From the NCBI GenBank assembly GCA_001662655.1, contig KV460252.1: DNA of 20,000 nucleotides. One strand, 5' to 3'. Of this stretch, positions 11,183 through 19,745 are shown in pieces. Under the pieces are notes generated by a model. That model made no database searches, was not told the DNA's origin, and was given only the letters and a program-made list of their open reading frames with translations. The translations under genes were made by a program, and so were the position numbers. The stretch comes from Pseudogymnoascus verrucosus. Taxonomy: Eukaryota. Each line of letters opens with the position of its first letter. The stretch's first letter is position 1.

Positions 11183-11212
11183 AGACCCACGTGGCTGCTC
11201 GGGATCCGACAT

Positions 11213-11617
11213 AGTGTACTTTGTAAGGTAATACAGTCAAGCTAGCTGCCGCCCGCAAAAGTGGAGAAGGAGCTGTTAAGAGTCTACTAAGTACAAATCC
11301 CAGTTAATGAATGGTGAAGTGCAATCAATACGTTATACCTCTCCTTCCTCTTGTAAGTCATAAGTCGCAAGTTAGGTGGGTGCTGTCAGGTTACGTTATG
11401 GTTATTAGTTGTCAGGTTACGTTATGATTATTAGTTATCTCGTCGTTGATGGTGAGGGGACTACCCCATCACTGCCCTCCCTGTAAGTGTAGGGTTGCAT
11501 ATTGGCCTAGTGTTGTGAGGCTGTGACTAAAGTAAGTCCTAGTGGGGTCCCACTCCATCCCATCAACTCAACCTTCACTCTGACGGCTCTTGTCTTGCAT
11601 TATCATTTCTCTTGTCA
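11213..11617. promoter_or_regulatory. Putative bidirectional promoter between the NLR and the het-S homologue (405 bp)
   Basis: Head-to-head ATGs at 11212 (-) and 11618 (+). Confidence 0.6.
11384..11435. repeat. 26-bp tandem duplication TGTCAGGTTACGTTATG(G/A)TTATTAGT x2
   Basis: Read directly from sequence; one mismatch. Confidence 0.9.
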
Positions 11618-12457
11618 ATGGCGGAGCCGTTCGGCATTGTCTCCGGTGCCATTAGAATTGCATCTGCCTTTACTGCTTGTGTTGACTGCTTCGAGTACGT
11701 CCAGTTTGGCCGTCACTTCGGTCGGGATTTCCAGACCAGCCAGCTTACTCTCAACTGCCTGAGACTCCGTCTTACACAATGGGGCGAGTCTGTCAATATC
11801 TACGACGATCCTAAACTAGGCAGGCAGGATGCTGCTGCGACCGACTTTGAACTTGCAAAGGATGCGCTGGTCTAAATTCTTGTGCTGTTTGCTGACACCG
11901 AGTCCATCTCTAAAAAGTATAAGTCGACTGCGAAGGCTGGCGAGGATCTCTTAGCGTATTCAATAGGCGATATGGATCCGAAGATGGTCGTGCTGGATAC
12001 TAAGATGAAAGGCTTGGCTACACAGCGTCAAAAGAAGGGTCGATTTTTGAAGCTTACTAGCTAGTCTCTCTATCACAGGTCTACCCTGAAAGATCTCCTT
12101 AGACAGATAGTCTCCCTTATCGACGAGATTGAGAAACTATTCCCTGCACCTCAGTCCCAAACCACACTTGTCTAGCAAGAAGCAGCAGAGATTGGTGACA
12201 AGCAGTCTCTTGAGCTGATCGAGGATGCAGCTACGGGTGTCGATAACCTCCTTCAAAAAACGGCATGGGAAGTAATTGCAGGTCACCAGTACTCGAATAT
12301 TAGGATCAATGGACAGGCCCTTGCTGGGGATGCATATAGTAGTGGCTAGAGTAGGGGTGCGATTAGGGCCTCTCACAAGTATAATGGCGTCGAGGTGAAG
12401 GAGGGTGGAAAGGCTCTAATTGGGAACAAGTATGGTGGAAAGGACTTCTAGGATTAA
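11618..12457 (+). pseudogene. het-S: HET-S homologue (HeLo pore-forming domain plus HET-s-like prion-forming domain), 279 codons, 5 premature stops
   Basis: N-terminus MAEPFGIVSGAIRIASAFTACVDCFEYVQFGRHFGRDF closely resembles HET-S. One frame continues through TAA 11873, TAG 12062, TAG 12173, TAG 12347 and TAG 12449 to ...KALIGNKYGGKDF*D-stop, matching the HET-s C-terminal GN.YGGK.FWD tail. Confidence 0.92.
12281..12454 (+). other. Two-repeat prion-forming domain (R1 GHQYSNIRINGQALAGDAY, loop, R2 SHKYNGVEVKEGGKALIGNKY, GGKDF(W)D tail)
   Basis: Manual translation in the het-S frame. Confidence 0.85.
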
Positions 12458-12830
12458 GCACATCTGTCACGCTGCTGACCATCTCTCACTCTTGCGTTGT
12501 GTTTAGAACATGAGAATATTTTGTATTTCTAAACCTAGTTGCATATTTATAACTGTCGAATTCTACACCACTACGATACCGAATTCAGATACAAACTTGA
12601 TTAAACCTAGAGTTATAATTGCTAATCCTAGGATCCCGCACGAGTTCTCACTAGCGCGCTTCTACTACTAACGCGACTGTTTCCGTCTGTTATCTTAGTC
12701 GCCTCTAGACGCACTGTCCCCCCTATCCTACTTTTCTGTCGCTTAACCCTCTGTCTACTATATACTTTTCCTTAGGAACCTACCTATAAAATAGTTTATA
12801 GATACTATAAGAAGATAGGATGAGCATCTA

Positions 12831-12873
12831 ACGTACTTGCATAGCGAACGGACCACCATAGCGAGTGGACCAC
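12831..12873 (+). repeat. Putative left TIR with two internal 17-bp direct repeats (CATAGCGAACGGACCAC / CATAGCGAGTGGACCAC)
   Basis: TA|ACGT start and internal direct repeats are typical of Fot1-like TIRs; the partner TIR is not in the window. Confidence 0.7.
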
Positions 12874-12929
12874 TTTTCCTTACATCTACTACTTCCTACC
12901 ATTAACGCGACTTTTCTCAACGAACTATA

Positions 12930-13247
12930 ATGGAATCTTCTTCAATTGAATGTCGTATAATCCTTACCCTTAAAGCACTTGAAAACGACCAAAATCTTAC
13001 TAGCCGAGCTACAGCAAAGATCTATAAAGTCCCTCATACAACACTTTTACGACGACGCGATGGTAAGAAGTCACGACGCGATATCTCTACCAACTCTAGA
13101 AAATTAACTAATCTTGAGGAATCTGTGATTCTTCGACGTATACTTGACCTAGACTCACGAGGATTTCAGCCCTAGCAAAGCTATATTCAAGAAATGGCTA
13201 ATTGTCTTCGTACAGACCGTAACGCGTCACGCGTTAGACCACGATAG
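12930..13247 (+). pseudogene. Pogo/Fot1 transposase N-terminal fragment (HTH-psq plus start of CENP-B-type HTH)
   Basis: SRATAKIYKVPHTTLLRRRDG...SRKLTNLEESVILRRILDLDSRGFQP*QSYIQEMANCL...RVRPR*, ending exactly at the LTR TG. Confidence 0.85.
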
Positions 13248-13727
13248 TGTTACGGCTAGGGTTTTCGGCGGCACTATCGCCGACACCCCGAGTATAGTAG
13301 TAATGAGGATGTTAGCGATTTGACCGCCCTTAAGGCAGGGTCAGTTATCAGGCACCTAATGAGTGTCCGGCACCTAGGTTTACAGGTACCGGAAGACAGT
13401 CAGGCACCTAGGAATTAGGAGGTACCGGAGTTGCAGGTACCGGAAGCAGCATAGGTACTAGAATAGCACTTACGTGATGGAACCGTGAGAACTGCTAGAA
13501 CTCTTACAGTTCCTACAGTTCCTCACAGTCCCCTTTAGCACGACGCCTCTATATAAGTAGATAGTTAGTTCTTAGATAGGAGCTTCGTGCTCAACTCAAT
13601 ATAGTATTTATTATATACTATAACGTGTTTTACGAAAGCCTTTGTGTCTAATCCCCTGCCTCCTCTATTAAGTAAACCAACGCAACGAAACCTCTATAAG
13701 TCTTATAGTTTAAGACCTAGCGTTACA
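13248..13727 (+). repeat. 5' LTR (480 bp), TGTTACG...CGTTACA
   Basis: The first 255 bp are colinear with 19746-20000; TATATAA at 13550-13556. The 3' end is inferred from the imperfect terminal inverted repeat and the adjacent PBS. Confidence 0.85.
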
Positions 13728-13729
13728 CT

Positions 13730-13737
13730 TTGAGCAC
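13730..13737 (+). promoter_or_regulatory. Primer-binding site TTGAGCAC, complementary to GTGCTCAA at 13587-13594 in the LTR (probable self-priming)
   Basis: Exact 8-nt complementarity; lies 2 nt after the inferred LTR end. Confidence 0.65.
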
Positions 13738-13773
13738 CACTTCTACGAGGTACTAGCTCATACACAAAGCAAC

Positions 13774-15660
13774 ATAGCTAGAAACGATTCCACCTCTAAC
13801 GTAGGGACGAAAGGGAAGGCAGCAACGGAGCCTGTCCCTTCGCCTACTACTACGCCTGCGCCTAGAGGGCCTCACCCCTTAGACAAACTTAAGATTGCAT
13901 TCCTAGACACCTTTAACGGGGACTGCAAGAAGCTTAAGAGCTTCCTCATCTAGACGGAGTTGTAGATGGCCATTAACGCCAAACACTTTGCCTTTAAAGT
14001 GCAACAGGTCTTGTAGGCCGTAGCCCTCTTAAGGGGTGCTGCCTTAGACTAGATTGCTAACTACCTAACTAACTACATAAGCTACTATGCAGCTAACGGA
14101 AGGGTCACCACAACGGCTAATTAGGGAACTAAGGATATCTTCATCACTTAGGTAGGTTTCGTTAAACAGCTTAAGGCGAACTTTAGAGATGTTGATGAGA
14201 GAAGGAACGTAGTGCGAGCCATTTAGGCCCTTAGGCAGAAAGGGTCTATAGTTACGTATACTGCTAAGTTTTAGTAGCATGCCCCTCTTACCCATTAGGG
14301 AGACGAGGCTATATACAACTAATATTACAAGGGGTTAAAGGATCATGTAAAAGATGAGATTTCTCAATCTAACAAACTAGATGACCTTAAGGAACTCATT
14401 AAGATGGCATAGAAAATCGACAATCGTTGCTATAAACGCCAACTTAAAAGACGAGGAGGAACATCTAGCCACTAATGGACTTAGAAAAGAAAGACACTAA
14501 AGAGCTATTAGCCCTAACCTATAGAGCTTAACGCTACGTTCAAGCCTAGCAGAAGACACTACAACCCTAACAAGGAGCAACAGCTTAAGGAACGGCTCTG
14601 TTTTAATTACAACAAACCTAGCTATATAGCCCGAGACTATAAGCAACCTAAGAAGGGGAACAGTAGACGTAAGTTTAGCAGACAACTTAATGCTACTTAG
14701 AAGGGACAACTAAACGCCACGTTTATAGACAAACCTAATTAGGGGATTAATAGTGTTAGCACCCTAGAAGGACAGAGCTCTAACGACGAGGATCTTAATG
14801 AGTTCGATGCATTACTTAAAGTTAAGAACGAACGCCTAAACAAGGGATTAACGGAATCCTAGAAACTCTAGCTAAAGGAGTTTGAAGAAGACGTAAAGGA
14901 GATCGCATTTAAGGAAAATCTACTAGGAGTAGTTAACATCTATAGACAGGCCATGCTCTAAAAGGGAACTCTACGAGCGATTCCTATACTACTACCCCTA
15001 ACGGGATGGATGGGTACTCAACAAGACTAGGAAGTCGTAGTTTGCGCTATAAGGTGTCGCCCTAGGTACCTACAAGGGAGGGAGCCCCGAGGAGCGAACT
15101 ACACCTCTAAAGAAGCCACTATGTAGTTGAAATACAAGCTTACAGAATATAACACGCAAGATGAACAGTAGGAAGACACTTAGGGCCCTAAACCCTAGGA
15201 ACTATAAGTAGACTAAGCTGCTATAGACTACAAACCTACTAATAAAGACGTAGAAAGGTTACGTATAACTATAGAGAAATCCAAGCTTATAGGCAAGATA
15301 AAGGAGGAACAGGAATTAACAAAGTTAGATGCATTAAGGATTGATTACCCCTAGCACCTATATATATTCTAGGAACACTATAAGTACGATGACTATAAGA
15401 GTCACCTATAGAAAAAGACCTAGTATCGACTATTTCTAAAAATCGCACCTTAGGTCTACTTTATAGATATAGACCAAATTCATGCCCTTAGACGAAGTTA
15501 GTCTAAAGGAGAACTACCGTTAAAAAAACAACAATAGGTATATGAGAAATACCTACACCTGCTAAATAAAGCAGAAGGATGGGGAGGACAATCTTCCTAA
15601 GGACCGCCTATAGAGGATGATGAACATCACTATTACTCCTTAGACGAGTTAAAAAACTAG
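13774..15660 (+). pseudogene. gag: gag (RIP-degraded, about 628 codons) with zinc-knuckle relic at 14599-14640
   Basis: Probable ATG>ATA start; LKIAFLDTFNGDCKKLKSFL capsid-type motif; CFNYNKPSYIARDY (CCHC relic); terminal AAA AAC TAG in the same frame. Confidence 0.82.
15651..15657 (+). promoter_or_regulatory. Putative -1 ribosomal frameshift heptamer A_AAA_AAC immediately before the gag stop
   Basis: pol motifs lie in the -1 frame relative to gag. Confidence 0.75.
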
Positions 15661-18600
15661 GAGTCCTCGACAGTAGGCCACTAGCAAGTGACAAAGAGAG
15701 GCCTAGTACAAAGCAGCTATGCGCCATAGGAGGCAGCATGCAGCTATATATAGTTACTAAGATACAATAGCAACACCTCTAAGCTATGATTAACTTAGGA
15801 GCAATAGGCAACTTTATAACAAAGAAAGTAGCAGACACTTAAGGTTTTAAGACGCAATTAAAAACCGATCCTTACCTACTAATAGTCGTGGATAGAGAGC
15901 CTATCTCAACTAATAAAGGGATAGTAACCTACAAGACAGTCCTATTAGAAATGGTTATACTACGCAGACATAAGGAAACGATCCAATTTAATATCGTATA
16001 TATAGACAACTATGCATGTATCCTTAGTGTGCTGTAGCTTAAGAAACACAACCCTTAGATCGACTAGTAGAATGAGAAAGTTGTAATGAGCTAGTGCGCG
16101 TGTAAACAACGAACGGACACGCTATAACGGGAGGAACCCTCCTAGGGCTAATGTAAGGTATATACAACCTCTATAGAGCCTAGTGACCTAGCCTAGGCAC
16201 CCTTACTAACGAATATACTAGTAGAGTATAAGGAATACAAGTAGCTATTCTAGGAAGGCCCTAAGAACGAGGCGCTTCCTAAGCACCAACTATAGGATCA
16301 TGTAATACCCTTAGAAGAAGGAAAGAGTCTACTGTTTAGACTAATATACCAGATGTTAGCAGATGAGTTAAAACTACTAAAAGAATATATTGACGATAAC
16401 CTTAAGAAAGGATTTATTAGACCGTCTAAATCTCCTATAGGAAGCCTAATGTTATAGGTTCCTAAGAAGGATAGAAGCAAACGACCATACGTGGACTATT
16501 GAGCGTTAAACAACATAACGATAAAGGATCGATACGCCTTACTGTTAATTAATAAGTTACACAATAGATTCTAAGGAGCTAAGATCTTTACTAAGCTAGA
16601 TCTACATAGCGCGTACAACCTAATCTAGATAGCTAACAACGAGGAGTAGAAAACAGCATTCTACACCTGCTATGGCCTATTTAAATATTAAGTCATGCCC
16701 TTTAGGTTAACTAACGCCCCTACATCTATGTAACGCTTAATAAATAACGCTTTACACAAATATCTAGACATATTCACCATCGTTTACTTAGACGATATAC
16801 TAGTATACTTAGCAAACAAGGACAAACATACTTAGTATGTTAAGCTTGTCCTCTAGAAGCTAAAGGAATACAACCTACTGTTAAAGCTAGAGAAATGTAA
16901 GTTCTATAAAAACTAAGTCGAATTCTTAGGCTACATTATCGGAACGCACAGCATTAAGATGGACTAAGCAAAGGTCATAGCAGTGTTAGAATGGCTAACA
17001 CCAACTATAGTTAAGGAAGTACAAGCCTTCTTAGGCTTCGCTAACTTCTACCGTTAGTTTATTATAGGATATTCTAAGGTAGCTTAACTACTTACAGAGC
17101 TTACTAAGAAGGATCTCGTGTTCAAATAGATAGACAAAGCAGAGGCTACCTTCTAGGAACTTAAGACGAAGTTCACAGAGGCACCTATCCTTACAACATT
17201 TAACCCTACAAAGAAGATCGTCCTTAAGACAGACTCTTCTAACTTTGCGATTAGAGCATGTCTAAACCAACTAGATGAGAACGGTAAGTTTAAACCAATC
17301 GCATACTACTCTAGGAAACTGTCACCTATAGAGCTTAACTATAACATCTATAACAAGGAGCTACTAGCTATTGTCGTTGCCTTTAAGCAGTGGCGCGTAT
17401 ATCTTAAGGGATCCACCTACACTATGTAAGTGTAGACAGATCATAAGAACCTTATATACTTCACTACAACCAAGGTTTTAAACTATAGACAAGTCTGCTA
17501 GGCAGAAACCCTTATAGCCTACAACTTCACAATAACCTATTATAAGGGCTCTAAGAACGCAAGAGTAGACGCTCTTAGTAGACAGACCGACTACGTTAGC
17601 CTAAAGGAAGAAAGACCTAGAGCAATATTAAAGAAAATAGACGTAGGAATATAGTACAATGAGTTACTAGCAACGATCTCTATCGTTAAAGACATAGAAC
17701 TCGAGGCAAGACTTAAGAAATCTTATATAACAGACGAATGCGTAAAGAGAGTCTTAACTAAGGTCGAAGGCGACTTCGCTATAGACGAACAAGGATTAAT
17801 CCGTTATAAAGGATTAGTATATGTCCTAAGTTAAATAAGACGCCTACTAGTGTAAGAACAACACTCGTTACTAGCACACAGTCATTAGGGAGTAACACAA
17901 ACCTTCAAACGAATCACGAGACACTACTACTTCCTAGGTATAAGGAAGTAGGTAGAAACGGTAGTAAGAGAGTGCGACATTTGTAGCAAATTAAAATCTA
18001 ATAGGCACTTGCCTTATAGACAGCTCAAGTCGACACTAGTACTAAAAGGAGCGTGGAAATTAATAGCCCTAGACTTCATCGTTAAGCTACTACCCTCTAA
18101 AGACCTGTTAATAGGAGTAGAATACAACTCTATCCTCGTTATAACGGAAAGACTCACGAAGTATAGGAAATTCGTACTATATCTAGAAGCCAGCAACGCT
18201 AAGGCGCTTGCGTATACCTTCATTTAAGTCATATTAGCTAATTATAGGATGCTAGAAGAAATTATCTTAGACAGAGACAAGCTCTTCACTTTGAAATTCT
18301 AGAAATCGTTAATGGCTCTACTAGGAACAAATCACAAGCTATCAACAGCTTTCTACCCCTAAACAGACAGCTAAATAGAAAGATTAAATCAAACCCTTAA
18401 ACAGTACCTACGAAGTTATGTTAATTATTAACAGGATAATTAGGTTTAGATTTTACCCATTGCACAGTTCGCATATAACAGCGCGATAGCGGAAGTAACG
18501 AAAGTCTCACCGTTCTTTGCTAATTACAGCTACTAGCTAGAAGCATATAGGCAACTAAGACCGGACGAAGCACGAGCTAAACAAGCCCTAATTGTAGTAG

Positions 18601-19100
18601 AACAACTAAAATCGTTCTACGAACAACTTGCAACGGACATCTAATTCTTAAATGAACGATCTACTACATACGCAAACAGGAAGCGCAGTATAGAACCTGC
18701 CTTTAAGGAGGGGGATAAAGTATACCTACTCTAGAAACACATCAAAACGAAGCGACTAAGTACAAAGCTAGACTTTAAGAAATTAGGACCATTTAAGATA
18801 TTAAACAAAGTCAGCTTAGTTAATTACAGACTACAGCTACCTAAGAACTCTAAACTCCATCTAGTATTTCATGTCTTATTATTAGAACTAGTAAGAGGGG
18901 ATGCCCTAATTACAACAGATACCGAACTTCAACCTAAAAATGAGATCATTAAATATAAGGTTAAGGCGATCCTAGACAAAAGGTTAGTAGGACGCTAAGA
19001 AGAGTTTTTAATAAAATGGAAAGGTTACGAACCTACAGACAACTTATAGGAGTTAAGAGGGAACCTTAGCTGCCTAGAGTTGTTAGCAGAGTTCTGCCGT
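15657..19100 (+). pseudogene. pol: pol (protease, reverse transcriptase, RNase H, integrase, chromodomain), RIP-degraded; 3' end approximate
   Basis: AMINLGAIGNFI (DSGA relic, 15783), YLDD (16785-16796) and TDSSNFAI (17229) are in one frame. Further on are H..H/CDIC, LDFIVKL, DRDKLFT, ERLN, LGPF and FLIKWKGYEPTDNL*E (chromodomain). Confidence 0.93.
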
Positions 19101-19632
19101 TAACACTCTAATTCAGCTAGTACGACGGCAATAAGGCTGTATAATCAAAGGTTAAGAAATCTAGTTTAGGGTTAGGGGCCTTAGGATTTGTAGTAGGCGG
19201 AGAGGTAGGTAGGCGAGCTACTCTTACTAGGGCCACGCGTTTACTTACTTTAGCTTCTTCTAGCTCATTGAGTGTCCGAAGCCCATAGTGCAACATCTCC
19301 CCCCCACGACTCTTTAATAGACGTTGTTACTTAGAGACGCGGAGCTGCTTTGCCATGGCCTCTTAGGCCTAGGAAATGGCGAGCTCTATCTCTTGCAACA
19401 AGCGTTCCTCTTCACGCTAGAGGCGTTCCTAATCTCTAAGAGAAGGACTAGCAGCGTCACACTTAACGTTTGATTTTATGCATTTAGCGCATTGTCTAGA
19501 ATTGCTAGACATAACGCATTTCGTTTCACAACGTTTACATTAAGTACACAGGGACATTTCGACCCTAGTGGCAGCAACATAGAGAGTAAGGAGATGACGT
19601 TCTTTGATTTTAGTATGTTTAGAAGAAGACAT
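19066..19632 (-). pseudogene. Antisense accessory ORF of the retrotransposon: Zn(II)2Cys6-like cluster plus coiled coil, about 188 codons, RIP-stopped; 3' end tentative
   Basis: From ATG 19632: ...EMSLCT*CKRCETKCVMSSNSRQCAKCIKSNVKCDAASPSLRD*ERL*REEERLLQEIELAIS*A*EAMAKQLRVSK*QRLLKSRGGEMLHYGLRTLNELEEAK...; Cys spacing C-x2-C-x6-C-x8-C-x2-C-x6-C. Confidence 0.75.
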
Positions 19633-19731
19633 GGTCGCAGCCTAACCTGCCCTATAGATAGTAGTAGGCATCACCCTACTTAAGTAGTTAGCAACTTTCT
19701 TAGTTAGCAAGTCCTAGGGACTAGGCCTCTT

Positions 19732-19740
19732 AGGGAGGGA
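19732..19740 (+). other. Polypurine tract AGGGAGGGA
   Basis: Purine run ending 5 nt before the 3' LTR TG. Confidence 0.7.
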
Positions 19741-19745
19741 CCTAG

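Larger units (their letters stand above)
7714..11212 (-). pseudogene. NWD2-like fungal NLR (N-terminal amyloid motif - NACHT - WD40); exons complement(join(7714..9423,9472..11036,11113..11212)), 1124 codons with one in-frame TAG at 9808-9810 (codon 443, probably Trp)
   Basis: Exon 1 MSDPEQPRGSNKQYRDININDGARAHLGDIYHI; intron gtaagt...ctgac...tag; then CLPNTRVDLL, Walker A WLNGLAGTGKS, Walker B VVDALDEC, GLFIWAATAC, HHPSFRDFL; a 48-nt intron gtaatc...atag; then APLQLYCSALVFAP and WD40 repeats. The frame is conserved across the TAG (CREF*VNEKEAH). Confidence 0.88.
12831..13247 (+). mobile_element. Left end of a Fot1/pogo-like (Tc1-mariner superfamily) DNA transposon, interrupted by the LTR element
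   Basis: Preceded by TA (12829-12830); TIR-like start ACGT...; transposase N-terminus follows at 12930. Confidence 0.82.

Noticed and set aside
12458..12828. TA-rich stretch as an additional TE relic
   Set aside because: RIP-like composition, but no termini or coding motif I can support.
13350..13462. CRISPR-like appearance of short spaced repeats
   Set aside because: Eukaryotic LTR; repeats are too short and irregular, and no cas genes are present.
19492..19683. 63-aa plus-strand ORF as an env-like gene
   Set aside because: No signal or transmembrane features; the meaningful frame is on the minus strand.
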